This document shows, piece by piece, positions 39,902 through 52,911 of a stretch of DNA of 64,000 nucleotides. A program made the position numbers and the translations under genes. Source of the DNA: an uncultured Acidimicrobiia bacterium. GTDB taxonomy: Bacteria; Acidobacteriota; Terriglobia; Versatilivoradales; Versatilivoraceae. Location of the stretch: contig CAWBAT010000008.1 in assembly GCA_963786955.1 (NCBI GenBank), forward strand, positions 352,001 to 416,000, read 5' to 3'. Within the stretch, counting starts at the first letter, position 1, and the number at the start of each line of letters is the position of its first letter. The notes under the pieces are model-generated. The model made no database searches, was not told the origin of the DNA, and saw only the letters and a program-made list of their open reading frames with translations.

Positions 39902-42619
39902 ATGAACAAACTCCTGAAAATCTCAAAGACATTCCTAAAAGTTACGACCCCAAAATTGTAGAAGAGAAGTGGTATCCCTTTTGGGAAAAAAAATCCTTGT
40001 TTGTTGCGGATGTTCGATCGGACAAACCGACGTTTGCCATTGTCATTCCCCCACCCAACGTTACGGGTTCTCTCCATATGGGGCATATGCTCGTCTACAC
40101 GTTACACGACATCATCGTGCGCTGGAAACGAATGCTGGGATTTAACACGCTGTGGTTGCCGGGTACAGATCACGCCGGCATTGCGACACAGAATGTGGTC
40201 GAGCGCCAGTTGGAGCGGAGGGGAAGACCCGTCACGATCTGGGCCGTGAAGTCTTTGAACAGCGTGTTTGGAAGTGGAAGGAAGAGAGTGGTAATACGAT
40301 TCTTCGTCAGTTGAGACTGTTAGGTGGGTCTTGCGATTGGACCCGCGAACGATTTACTTTGGACGAAGGGCTTGTCTCGGGCGGTACGCGAAGTATTCGT
40401 GCGCCTTTATGAAGAGGGATTGATTTATCGGGGGAAGTGGCTCATCAATTGGTGTGTTCGTTGCCGAACCGCCCTTTCGGATCTCGAAGTGAAAGCAGAG
40501 TTGGTTCCAGGGGAAACTGTTTTATATTCGTTATCCATATAAAAGACAGCTCGGAAACGATCACGGTTGCGACGACCCGTCCCGAAACCATGCTGGGCGA
40601 TACGGCGGTGGCGGTAAATCCAAAGGATGAACGCTATCGCCATTTAATCGGGAAAACCATCCTTCTCCCAATCCTGAATCGCGAAATCCCTTTAATCGCT
40701 GATGAATTCGTGGATCCGGAATTTGGAACCGGTTTGGTGAAGGTAACACCCGCTCATGACCTGAATGATTTCGAGATGGGATCTCCGGCATCAATTGGAA
40801 ATGATCTCGGTCATCGATGAGGATGGGCGGATGACGGAGGCGGCCGGGTAAGTACAAGGGATTGGACCGATTCGCCTGTCGTCGAGAAATTGTGAAGGAG
40901 CTTGAGAACCCTGGGATTGCTGGAGAAAGTAGTGGATTATTCCCACAATGTCGGGCATTGCCAGCGTTGCAGGACAGTCATTGAACCGGCACTCTCAACA
41001 CAGTGGTTCGTAAAAACCAAACCTCTGGCAGAACCCGCCATTCGGGCCGTCGAAGAGGGAGCGATTCGCTTCGTTCCCGAAAACTGGTCGAAGACGTATT
41101 TTGAATGGATGCGCAATATTAAGGACTGGTGCATCTCACGGCAATTGTGGTGGGGACATCGCATTCCCGCCTGGTATTGTCAGGATTGTGGGGAGTTGAT
41201 CGTTGCTCGCGAGACTCCTGAACGTTGCCAGAAATGCGGGCATGCGTCACTGGTTCAGGATACGGATGTCCTCGATACATGGTTTAGCTCTGGCCTGTGG
41301 CCATTCTCCACTTTAGGCTGGCCAGACCAGACGGAAGATCTGAAAAAATTTTACCCGACAACGCTTCTTATAACCGGTTTTGACATCATCTTCTTCTGGG
41401 TTGCCCGCATGATTATGCTGGGACTGAAATTCGGAGGTGAGGTGCCGTTTCGTACGGTCTATATCAACAGTCTGGTGCGTGACGCCGAAGGCCAGAAGAT
41501 GAGCAAATCCAAGGGGAATGTGATCGATCCGCTCGATGTCATGGATCAGTACGGGACAGATGCCGTGCGCTTCACGTTGGCCATCATGGCGGCACCCGGC
41601 ACCGATATTAGCCTTTCCCATGAAAAGATGATGAGCTACCGGGCTTTTGCGAATAAGATCTGGAACGCGACTCGTTTTGTGCTCCTGAATCTGGAAAGCA
41701 TTCAGAACCGAATCGAAAAGTCGCGTGAGGTCCCTCTAAACCTGCGGCAGTCATCCAACTCAAGACGAGCCTCTCTCTCGTCGATCGCTGGATTTTGACC
41801 CGCTTGAATCATACCGTTCAAGAGATCAATCAAGCGTTTGAGGAATACCGTTTCCATGAGGCCTCCCACTGCATCTACCATTTTTTCTGGCATGAGCTAT
41901 GTGACTGGTATATCGAATTAATCAAGCCCAAGAATATTTCCAATGAGGTCAGTGACGGAGATGCGTCGTCTCTAGAAGTGCTGATCTATGTCTTCGACCA
42001 AGCCCTCCGTTTGTTGCATCCGTTCATGCCCTTTATTACCGAAGAATTGTGGCAACGATTGCCGCATCAAGGATTGTCCTTGGCCATCGAGAAGTTTCCC
42101 GTCGAACACCCTGGGCTTAACGATGCACTGGCGGAACAACAGATCAATGCCATGATCGACGTCATCGTGAAAATCCGAAACCTCAGGGCGGAAATGAATG
42201 TGGAGCCGGGCAAGCGAATTCAAGTCAACTTGGCCAGTTCGGAACCTGCGGTCATAGCGGTCCTACAAGCACAATCCCATATATTCAAAACCTCGCCCGC
42301 TGTGAGAAGGTGAATATTCTTGCTTCATTGGGAGAGGGAAATCATTCATCTCGTTCGGTGGCTTCAGGAGTTGAAATCGAGCTTCCCTTGGCGGGAATGA
42401 TTGACCTGGAAGCTGAGAAAGCCAGGGTTCAAAAAGAAATCGCGAAAATGGATAAAGAGATGGCCCCCTTGATCTCAAAGCTAGAAGAATGAGAATTTTC
42501 TTAAAAACGCTCCTCAGGAAGTGGTCACTCTCAATCGCAACCGAATTGCCGAATTCCAGGAAAAGTTGGAAAAGCTGAATGAAAACCTGAGAAGACTTGG
42601 GGAAAGCCCCTCAGAATAA
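39902..42619 (+). CDS. valS: Valyl-tRNA synthetase (multiple apparent frameshifts; start approximate)
   Basis: [52 protein letters not shown]-terminal coiled coil NAPQEVV. Confidence 0.95.
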
Positions 42620-42664
42620 GTTGCGATAACCTCTCGCCACGATCAAGGAACGGACCTGTTGCCT

Positions 42665-43506
42665 ATGTATGAAATCGAACCGACATTTTTCGATGAGCTC
42701 ATCGCGACTGCTCTTCAGGAAGACCTCGGGGCGGGCGACATCACGACGCGGGCAATTGTTTCTTCAAAACTCATGGGCAGCGGTGAATTTGTAGCCAAAG
42801 AGGAGCTGATATCTGGCAGGGTGGCCGATTGCGATGCGAACGTTTCAAAAGCTGTCAGCCTCTATCTCCACGCAATGTTTCTTCACAGAGGGAGACGCTG
42901 TTTCCTCCGGCAGCATCTTGGGGACGGTGAGGGCCCCGCCGCCGCCCTGCTTTCCGGAGAGCGCGTTGCCTTGAACTTCTTGCAACGCTTGTCTGGAGTG
43001 GCCACGCTGACACGAAAGTTCGTTTCGGCTCTTTCTGGGCTCAAGGCTGTTATCCTGGATACGCGGAAAACGACCCCAGGCCTCAGGTTACTTGAAAAAT
43101 ATGCCGTGCGGGTGGGGGGAGGAATGAATCATCGACTGGGGCTGGCGGACGGGGTACTCATCAAGGAAAATCATATTACGGCTGCCGGTAGCTTGCCTGA
43201 AGCGGTCCGCAGAGCCAAGCTTGGGGCGGATCATTTGAAGAAAATTGAAGTTGAGGTAACCACCCTGGACGAACTGGGGCAGGCACTTAAAGCCGGAGCC
43301 GATGTGATCCTGCTCGATAACATGAACGTCAATGAAATCAAGAGGGCAGTAGCTGTAGTCGACGGCAAAGTTCCATTGGAGATTTCAGGCGGAGTGACTC
43401 TGGTAACGTTCGCGAACTGGCGTCGACTGGCGTGGATTATATCTCCGTGGGGGCCCTGACCCATTCCCCCAAGGCCATAGATATCAGCTTTGAATTGAAA
43501 CTGTGA
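42665..43506 (+). CDS. nadC: Nicotinate-nucleotide pyrophosphorylase (apparent frameshifts)
   Basis: EDLG.GDITT, ERVALNFLQRLSG, DTRKTTPG, NHR.GL.D, IEVEV, LLDN, ISVGALTHS. Confidence 0.92.
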
Positions 43507-43582
43507 GTGAGGAGATCTGGGAGGTTGGATTGAGTTCATTCTTATGTATGAAGCATTTCAGGTTGGTTGCGTCCAGGCTAAA

Positions 43583-44403
43583 ATGAGTTCAGATCTTCTT
43601 CTCCCCGAAAGAATTCTTCCTCACTTACGCACTCAGTCCTTTGGGAGGACGATCCATCATCACGATCGGGCTGATCTCCACGAATGATCTTGCCCATCAG
43701 TTTGCCTTGGCAGGAGCGTCTGAAGGCACGCTGGTCCTAGCTGAGGAGCAATCCAGCGGGCGGGGAAGGTTAGGACGAACCTGGGCCTCAGAACGGTTTT
43801 CAGGCATTTATGCATCCCTGATCCTTCGTCCTGAAATCGAGCCGAGAGAAGCTCCTATCCTGAACCTGGCTGCCGCTGTGGCTGTCAGCAAGGGAATACG
43901 GGATGTGGTTCGGCTGGAGACGGATATCAAGTGGCCCAATGACGTTCTGGTGAACGGGCACAAATGTTGCGGAATCCTGACTGAAATGAGTACAGAGCTC
44001 GATAAAATCCAGTTTGTGATCGCCGGAATTGGTATCAACGTCAATCAGATGAAATTTCCCCCAGAACTCGAGAACAAAGCTTCCTCCCTGTTCCTTGAGA
44101 CCAAAAGAGTGATATCAAGGATTGAGGTTCTTGTATCGGTCTTGAAGCGGTTTGAGGATCTCTATGGTGAATTCTTGAGAAAAGGGCGGTCCGTTGTTCT
44201 AGAGCAATGGATTCAGCGCTCCTCCTACGCGAGCGGGAAAAAAGTGATCGTCGAATCAGGCAGTCGACAGGATTTCAGGGATTACGGTGGGATTAGGAGA
44301 TGACGGAACACTTCAAGTGAAAACGGAAAATGGCCAAATCGAGACAGTCATGAGTGGAGATCTTGTGGCCTGGGAGTCAATCGTCCATGTTACTCGTCAT
44401 TGA
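43583..44403 (+). CDS. birA: Biotin-protein ligase without N-terminal HTH (frameshifts near both ends)
   Basis: STND, AEEQSSGRGRLGRTW, IKWPND, K..GILTE, GIGINV. Confidence 0.9.
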
Positions 44404-45154
44404 TGTTGGAAACACGAATACGGTCTTGGGAGTTTTTGAAGGAGCTAATCTGGTCGTCGATTGGAGGCTCGTCACCAAGCAAAGCCAGACGGCTGACGAA
44501 TACGGAATCCTTGCCCGAAACCTCTTCAACCTGGCCAACATTGAAGTTTCCAAAATTGGTCATATCATTATTGCCTCGGTCGTCCCTCCTCTGAACTCAG
44601 TTCTGGCAGAAATGGCAGAGAAGTATTTCAAGGTTAAACCCCTTTTTGTAGAGCCTGGGATCAAAACTGGGATGCCGGTCCTCTACGACGTGCCTGCGGA
44701 TGTGGGGGCCGATCGGATAGTCAATGCCGTGGCTGCGTACGAAAAATATGGGGGACCGGCGATCGTCGTTGATTTTGGAACGGCCACGACATTTGATGCG
44801 ATTTCTGCTTCCGGACAATACCTGGGAGGTGTCATCGCCCCGGGGCCGGGGATTTCTGCAGAGGCGCTTTTCTCCAGGACAGCTCGTTTGCCAAGGGTCG
44901 AGATCAAAGCGCCTCCCCGAGTGATTGGAACATCGACCATTGGAAGTATTCAGTCTGGAATTTATTATGGTTACCTGGGACTGATCGATGGCATCTTGGG
45001 TCGCATGATCCTAGATCTGGGCGAGAAAACGGTGGTCATTGCAACGGGCGGCTTTGCCGCTCTTTTTGCCCGAGAGTCCCAGGGTATCCAGCATATTGAT
45101 GAGAGCCTTACGCTGGAAGGTCTTCGATTGATTTTCGAGCGCAACGTGAAATGA
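44387..45154 (+). CDS. coaX: Type III pantothenate kinase
   Basis: IDVGNTN, SVVP, GADR, VDFGTATT, GG.IAPG, ATGG, LTLEGL. Confidence 0.95.
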   Translation: MLLVIDVGNTNTVLGVFEGANLVVDWRLVTKQSQTADEYGILARNLFNLANIEVSKIGHIIIASVVPPLNSVLAEMAEKYFKVKPLFVEPGIKTGMPVLYDVPADVGADRIVNAVAAYEKYGGPAIVVDFGTATTFDAISASGQYLGGVIAPGPGISAEALFSRTARLPRVEIKAPPRVIGTSTIGSIQSGIYYGYLGLIDGILGRMILDLGEKTVVIATGGFAALFARESQGIQHIDESLTLEGLRLIFERNVK

Positions 45155-45197
45155 GTAGAGCGTTTTTTTGATCTGCACGGGTACACCAAGAAGATGG

Positions 45198-45412
45198 AAA
45201 CGCCAAGAACGCAAAGATCTCGAAGCATAAGAGCTTTCAGACTGCCGACAAAGTGGCGTATCTTTGGGGCTGATCATCAACTGGAACGTGATTTTGTTGC
45301 GGCACGGCATCCAGCGCGTAGTCCGAAATCATCCGAAACAGCTGAGGTGGAGCAGGATTAAACCGCCGGGCTGGCCAAATTAACGCCTCTTTTCTTGGCG
45401 TTCTTCGCGTTT
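45198..45412 (+). pseudogene. Relic of a GxxExxY-family gene with flanking inverted short repeats
   Basis: From 45264 the frame reads LGLIINWNVILLRHGIQRVV, resembling the GxxExxY C-terminus. Flanked by aaacgccaagaacgcaaaga (45198) and tcttggcgttcttcgcgttt (45393). No start or N-terminal part. Confidence 0.65.
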
Positions 45413-45484
45413 CTCTTTTCCGCTGCAGGCTTACATCCACAGAAGGCGCTAACCCTTTGTGCTTTAGGTTTATTTTGAATGTGA

Positions 45485-46207
45485 ATGGAAAACTACATTA
45501 ACTACTATACGGAAATCGAAGAACATTTCCAGAAACGCCGCGGGATGCCCTCGCTGCTTTCCCCCCTCGATTGGGCCCTCATCGAGTCTTTCCAGGAAGC
45601 CGGGATTCTCTTGGAAACGGTTTTACGCGGCATCGATCTTGCTTTTGAAAAACATCAACGACAAAAAAGCCCATTCCGCAAAGTCAATTCCCTTTCTTAT
45701 TGCACGCAGGCCATCCTCACCGAGCATCAGAGGCTACAGGAGAGCTCCGTGGGGAAGTCAAACATTGGAGATGTTCCTGTATGGCCGACAAAACAGAGCG
45801 AGATAACCTTCTGAAAATGATCCTCCACGCCAGGGATTTGTTGGGTAAAGCTGCGGTCGAGAGCCGAGCTGCGAGCCGAGTTGGATTGGCCGGTGGTTTT
45901 GAAAATGCGGTGGGATCGCTCATTTCTATTGAACAGGAATTCCTCCATTCTCCAGTCACTGATTTTGAGAATTTGGAGATGCGGCTCAATGTGCTCGAAG
46001 AAAGGATCTTATCTTCTCTGATCGGAACCATGGAAGAGGAGGAACTCCTGGCGGATTCGTCGAGAAGTGAACTCAGAACTGAAACGCCATCGACGTGGAC
46101 TGAAAGCCGAACAATTGGCAATGTTGGAGAAGAAGCTGATTAACCGGAGGATCTTGGAAAAATTCAAAGTTCCCCGGTTGAGCCTATTCTATTTGCCGCT
46201 TAATTGA
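45485..46207 (+). CDS. Hypothetical helical protein (two apparent frameshifts)
   Basis: NYYTEIEEHF..RRG..LLSPLDWALIE..GI.LE.VLRGID, ending F.VPRLSLFY; lies upstream of the rlmD-like gene. Confidence 0.7.
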
Positions 46208-46350
46208 AGAAATGGTTCTTAATCCCTCTGACGTATTTTAAGGATGATCAGGTTTGGGCGCCAAGTTGAGTTCTTGGAGTTCTGTCATTCCTAATTTAGG
46301 GAATTGCCCCTCTAGTGGGCCAGGGTCTAATACCGCCCACTGAATAAGCC

Positions 46351-47732
46351 TTGATGAGGTCATCCGAAAAATTGGAGCTTCCGTTTACAGTTCACGTTGA
46401 AAGAATCATTCCTGGAGGAAAAGGGCTCGCTTTCTTTCAAGGTCGAGCCGTTTTTGTCCCTCAAGCCACTCCCGGAGACCTCCTATTGGTCCGGGGAATT
46501 CGGGATCGTGGCAGCTACCTGCAGGTGCTCTCTTTTGAGATCCTCGAACCGTCCCTGAAAGGGTTCGCCCGCCCTGTCCTTTTTTTGGAGATTGTGGTGG
46601 ATGCGATTTCCAACAGATGACCTACTCTCGCCAGCTCATGTCCAAGCAAGAGATTCTACTGGATGCACTCAAGCGAATTGGTAAGATTGATCTTTCACCT
46701 GACAAGGTCACCGTTTTCCCTTCGCTCGCCACTGAATTACAGGAACCGGATACAACTGAAAGTGAGTGCCCAATTCGTTGCCTCTAAAGTGGGGCTTTTA
46801 TGCGCCTGAGTCTCATCGGGTTTGTGAAATCGACGACTGTTTGCTGGTCAAAGAATCACTTTGGGAAGCCGCCCAATGGATGAAGGAGTTACTGGATAGG
46901 ATTCCGATGAATGGAGTCGAACTTGATGAGGTGGAAATTCTGGAAGGTGATCATCATCAGTATCTTGGGAATCTGGTTCTTAAGGCAAAAACCAACATTC
47001 ATTCGATCCAGTAGTCGAAGCCATTGAAACAACAACTGCGAAAGATCGCCAACAGGACCGGGCTGGACGATCAATCTATCGAGCCCCTCAGGGGAAAGCG
47101 AATCGTGTCTGGGGAAATGGCCACATTTGGAAATCAGTTGGAGAATTCCGGTATCGAGTCAGCCACGGAGCCTTTTTCCAAATCAACGAACCATGCTGGA
47201 AAAGCTTCAGGAACGTGCCTTGGACGGATGTACTGGAAGAAGAGCCCTCGACCTGTTCTGCGGGGTAGGATTTTTTACATTGCCGTTATCCAGGCGTTTT
47301 GATTCCGTAGATGCGGTTGAGGTAAACTCTGGAGCGACACTCGACTTAAGAACAAACCTGGAAGAAAACCAGGTACTAAACTGTAAAGTCCTCAACTTGA
47401 ACTTGACAGACTTCCTGGGTGGGGAACAAGCCCGTCAATCTCTTGAGTTGGATTTGTTGCTCATGGATCCACCCCGCACGGGGCTTCCTCCGAGAACCGT
47501 CCAGGGCATTGCGGAACTTAAGCCCAAGAAGCTGATCTATGTGTCGTGCGATCCTTCCACGCTAGCGCGAGACTTGGCTTTGCTCGTCAAGCGAACTATG
47601 AGATTATCTCTCTTGATCTGCTGGATCTTTTCCCCCAAACACATCATCTGGAAGGAATTGTACGCTTGGAGAGGCAGACGGAAAAGGGTTGACGGAATTC
47701 CTTGTCGTGGGTATCATTTGTTTGATTCTTAA
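46351..47732 (+). CDS. rlmD: RNA (uracil-C5)-methyltransferase, RlmD/TrmA family (multiple frameshifts)
   Basis: TRAM domain, C..FG.CGGC, YRNR, FFQ.N, LDLFCGVG, DPPRTGL, YVSCDPSTLARD, FP.T.H.E. Confidence 0.85.
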
Positions 47733-47934
47733 TGACTTGGAGGTTTAGCTCCCGCGGTATATCGTAAGCTCCTCAGACCCGCGTTCCCAAGCTGGGGTCA
47801 AAAACATAAGGGCTTGAATCTCACCCTAGAAATCGAATGGTTTGCCTAAGGAAGAGCATCGATTTTGCCGTTGCTTTAGGGTAAAGGTCTATTCTGTGTT
47901 GCTGGTAGCAATCGAGTTATTGGGGAGACTACGG

Positions 47935-49858
47935 ATGGTAAAAGACAAAAAGCAATCTTTGCTTTTTGTGCTGACTTTCGCGTTAGCGACGCTTTTCTTT
48001 TTATCCTGTAAAACGACGAATACCAATACCTCCGTGGCAAAGCCCCCGGTTGAGCAAGCCCCCCAGCCCCCAGCCCAAACGGCCTTGCCTAAACTTCCGG
48101 ATCCCCCAGCTCAACGTACGCTTCCGATCATCCAGCAGAAACCCCTTGTCGACCCGGTTGAAAATCTCATTCAAAGGTCTCAGGCTTATTTTTTGCAAGG
48201 TGAAAAAGAATCTGAATGCCGGGTTTCTTGAGAGGGCGAAGAAGGATTTTGACGAGTCGATTGAAATCATTTTGCGCTCCGGAATTCCTCTCGATCAGGA
48301 AGAACGTCTGGAGCGTCACTATGAAGGATTGCTCGATAAGATTTTCAGCTATGAATTGGCGGCGTTGAAAGCCGGCGATGGTTTTTCCGAGGAACGTGTT
48401 GAGACGGCGCCTCTGGATGAAATTGCGACCGGTGAACTTCCCATGACATTTGATCCGCGGTCCAAGAGCTTAGCGGAGCAGACTGTCCGGGAATACAAGC
48501 ACGACCTTCCCTTACCCATTAACGATTATGTTCTCCGCTACATGGACTATTTCCAAAACCGCGGTCATAAGACTATGGAATACGGTCTTCAGCGTTCAGG
48601 GCGTTATCGGGCGATGATCTCTCAAATTCTGGCGGAAGAAGGGGTCCCACAAGATTTGATCTATTTATGCCAGGCAGAAAGCGGATTCCGTCCTTTGGCA
48701 TTTTCACGCGCCAAATGCAAAGGAATGTGGCAATTTGCTGCCTCTCGGGGAGCCGAGTATGGTTTGAGGCAAAACTGGTGGATTGATGAGAGATCCGATC
48801 CGGAAAAATCCACCCGAGCCGCAGCCCGCCACTTGCATGATCTCTATATGCAATTTGGAGACTGGCTTCTGGCTATAGCAGCTTACAACACGGGGCCAGG
48901 AAATATTCAACGTGCCGATTGAAAGAACCGGTTATGCCAATTATTGGGAACTGTTGAAACGGGGAACTTTGCACCCTGAGACTGCCAATTATGTGCCCAT
49001 CATCATTGCCATGGCGATCCTCTCGAAAGATCCGGCGCGTTACGGGTTTGACTTATCCCGAACCACCGATCCATCAAGAAAAGCTCAAATTGGGAGCGCG
49101 ATCGATCTTCGTCTGGTGTCAGAAACTCTGGATATTTCTCTGAGCGACGTTCAGGAACTCAACCCGCATATCAAACGACTTACCACTCCTCGCAACGATC
49201 CTGAGTTCAATCTTTACATCCCGGAAGGAACAAAGGAGAAGTTTCTGTCGGAAATTGAAGCAATCCCGGAGGACATGCGCGTGACCTGGCGCAAACACCG
49301 GGTGGAAGAAGGGGAAACCCTTACCCAGTTGGCACGACGCTACCATACTTCGCCATCTGCCATCGCGCAGGCGAATAACCTGGCATCGGACAAGAGGATC
49401 CAACCTGGAGAAAAGTTAATTATTCCGGTCACTCCTGGGCGGGAAGGACGTGAGCGGGTGGTTGCGCGGGCTCTAGAATCCGATATACCGTGAAACGCGG
49501 GTGATACCCTGATCAGCATTGCCCGGGACTTTGATGTCAGTGTATCTCAGTTACGTCACTGGAATCGACTGAGCGCCAAATCCAACGTTCGACCCGGGCG
49601 GGTCTTAATCATTCAAGCCACCGAATCGGCTGCTCTCGCATCCACGCCCCATCCGAAGTCTAAGAATCTTCCCAGGCATCTTCGACATCATCCAATGGCC
49701 GCTCTCGTGTGATTCATCGCGTGAAAAAAGGCGAAACCCTCTTTGCCATCGCCTCAAATTACAAGACCTCTATCGAATCCATCCGGGACTGGAATAATCT
49801 CTCTCAAAGCGATGGGATTAAGGTCGGCGAACGCTTAACGATTTACGTGAATCACTAA
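47935..49858 (+). CDS. mltD: Lytic murein transglycosylase, MltD-like lipoprotein with LysM domains (frameshifts)
   Basis: Lipobox-like FFLSC, AESGF, GMWQF, DERSDP, AAYNTG, ET.NYVP; three LysM repeats ([23 protein letters not shown]). Confidence 0.88.
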
Positions 49859-49974
49859 TTCCAGAAGCGGTAAATGAGGCTTTGAAATCCTCCCATCATG
49901 AATGGTTTGAGGCCGCATGTCTTCATAAGAGCCTCTAGTGGTCGGATGTCCCAATACGAGCTACTTAAGGTTGG

Positions 49975-52643
49975 TTATTCGTTAATCCGAAGGGCCACCG
50001 ACATCGCCCGGTTATTCTGATTAGCTTGCTCCATGAAATGATTGAGTTGGTCGGAGACTTGCTTTAACTTTTGCCGGCTTTCTTCCTTGTTCGTGGATGC
50101 ATTCATCTGAAATCGGTAGGTTTTGTTTTTGAGTTGGATCTTAAGTTTGTCACTGGATTCAATCTCAAAATTTCGGATATCTTCTGCGAGAATCCATCTT
50201 TAGAATCTCCTGACGGTAGATAAGCGATCACGAAGGCATTCATACGCAGGCGTCCACTACAACTGCCGATGGTGTGGTCGTGGATGACCGCGATTGCGGT
50301 GAATTCGATCCTGCTCAGCAGACTCTTGAGTTCTTGGGCCACGGCTGTTTTCCCGTCGTTATGGGCAACAGCATAGAGAGCATTCAGAACTTCTCTCGCC
50401 TCATCAAACCGTTCCTTCTGAACAAACTCTTTGGCTTGTTCTGCTGCCTTTTGGAGACTATCCCGGCGAAGCGCCTGTGCACGGGGATTTTGCCGGTCTA
50501 TGGCAAGCAATCGATTGCAATACGACAATGCGCTCTCGCTGGCAGGAGTCACATAATTTCCCGCGAGTCAGGGCCGCTTCGGCTTTCTGGATCAATTCAT
50601 TTCTAACTGAGATTGGCGGGATTCGTCTTCCTTCAGAGTCTCCTGAACCCGGTTTAGCTCTGCATTACCCGGAAAATGGCTTTGAAGTTGCCGGGCAAGA
50701 GAGCGGGCAGCATCCAAGTCTTTGTTCTGAATATTTCTCTGAATCTGATTCAAAATTTCGCGCTGCACGGTTTCCGTTCCAGATTTTGCCATCTCATCAT
50801 TCGGAGAAAGCGCGGTCAATTGCTGGATGAGCTCGGCCGCATTTCCCGAGGCTGGAGTAAAGTAATTGCCGGTAGTCAAGGCGGCTGCGAGCTTTCGGTG
50901 CAATTCATCGACTTTCACTTTCTTCAGGTCAGGCAGGATCGGCGGGACAAGGGCTTTCTTCTTCTTGGGCTTCCACTCGAAATTCTTCAGCTCCTTGAGT
51001 CGCGTCAGCGTCTTGAGGGGAGACTTTCAAAGATTCAGCAATGCCAGCCTTGCATTTTCCCAGTACTTAATTTGCTGTGCCGACTTAAATTCCTGCCAGT
51101 AATGGTCAATGATCTTCTTCTTGAGCGAGAGGACGGATTCGTTTTGAGGCTCTTTCCGCAGGATCAGATCACATTGATTGCTGGCTTCTAGGAATTGTTC
51201 CCGATCAAACAGCTCCTGGGCGGTATTCTGGAGGTCAGCAGCCGACATGGACTTCATTTCACTGACGTGCAGAACTACAGACCATTTGGCAGGCACGCCC
51301 CCTTGGATCTGGAAGGTCTGGGCTTCGGGTAAGTAACCATCTCTCTCTAATCGGATGGTATAATTTCCGGCTTGCAGTGAGTCCGCGTGGAAAGGAGTCA
51401 ATCCCTTAAATTGTCCTTCAATAAAGATTTTCGCGCCTTCCGGATCGGATTGGACTTCTAAGGTGCTCATCGAACCCCGGGTGAAATGAAAAATAATGGC
51501 ACCCATTAATGCCCCAAATAGGACGCAGGCAACCGATGCGAGCACCAGCCAACGTCGCTGGGACTTCGGGTCATCAAGAACCGGCTCCGACTCCAATTTT
51601 CCGGGTACCAGAACCATTGAATTTTCTGTTTCCGGGGAATAGGGCTCCACTTGCTGCTCTAACAAAGGTTCAACGCGAATCAATTCAGCTTGGGGAGGAG
51701 ATGCTTCGGGTATCCCGGACATGGCCATTTTGTCAGACGTGTCGTCCTGCGGCGGATGATGGAGACCTGGAGAGGGGCCTGTCTCTTCCGACCTTTCTAT
51801 TGAGGCTACATCCCGGAGATCATTCCCTGGCTCCGCGGGGGGATTTTGGATCGTATTGGCAAAAGCCGACGCCTTATTTTCTACCGCCCGCTCTTGCAAC
51901 TGGGAAGCTTTCTCTTCCGTTTCTTCTAATTTTAGTCTGCTTAATTGCAGGTAATCTTGCAAACTGAGGTTCGTGGGATCTAATTCACAGAGGAATTTAA
52001 AGATTCCTACACTTTCTTGGAATTTTTCTTGATCGAAAAGTTCCATGGCCTCTTTCTTGAGATTCTCAATGTGAATCGCCAACTCTTCTTCCAAGCGGCG
52101 ATCTTCCCACCTTCTTTGTGCTTCCTTGAGATACAAAATAGCCTCTTGGTGATTTGGCGAAAGAGTAAGGATCGCCTCCATCAGTTTCATACAGGATTCG
52201 TGATCGCCCTTCTTCAGATATTCTCGTCCTTGACTCATGAGGAGTGGCAACGTATCGACGGAATGACTCGCGGTATCCTCCAATGATTTCGCCTGTTCCC
52301 TGGACTCCAAAGTCTCGATAAATTCGGTTAACTGCTTAACATTGCGTTCGCACATGGATTCCAACTGGTCAATGGAATATTCAACCTTATTTCTGGCTTC
52401 TTCCATGTCTCGATGAAGCCTCGTGATTTCCGTTTTCCACTGGAGGCTGTCTTCCAGTTTCAGATTTTCTGGAATCTTTTCGACGATTCGCAAAATTTCA
52501 TCGAAGTAGCTCTGGAATTCTTCACGGGTAAGAAGAGGATCCGCGATCTTGTTAGGGTCGAGTGCCCTGGCTCTCTGGAGCAAATTTTCCAGGTCATGCA
52601 AATTTGTTTTGGCCTCGGCGAGTAGCGTCATGAGTTTCGACAT
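49975..52643 (-). CDS. Membrane-anchored TPR + PEGA domain protein (several frameshifts; 3' end approximate)
   Basis: Helical/TPR N-terminus, TM WLVLASVACVLFGALMG, PEGA (SDPEGA.IFIEG..G.TP), repeated GNY.TPAS..A motifs downstream. Confidence 0.7.
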
Positions 52644-52911
52644 TTTAGTTACACCTTTGTATTCTCAGGCTGGATATTGTGACGTTCATGTTCTTTCCAT
52701 ACGGATCCCGTTGTTGTAAGCGGCTGCGGTTCAACAATTTAAACCTCAAGCGGATCTTGATTAGATTCTATCGATTACCCCCAACTACAAATTTGCAATT
52801 TCCACGCCAACCAAGGTTTATTTGCAAATCTAAACCTGCTATGCTTGGCGCACTGATTGAGTCATCACCCAAGTGTCGTATATTGCCAAATCCCTCTTTT
52901 GGGGGAGGACT

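Noticed and set aside
39902-44403. valS, nadC and birA as pseudogenes or programmed frameshifts
   Set aside because: valS is essential, motifs are conserved, and the breaks are scattered without consistent slippery sites; sequencing error is more parsimonious.
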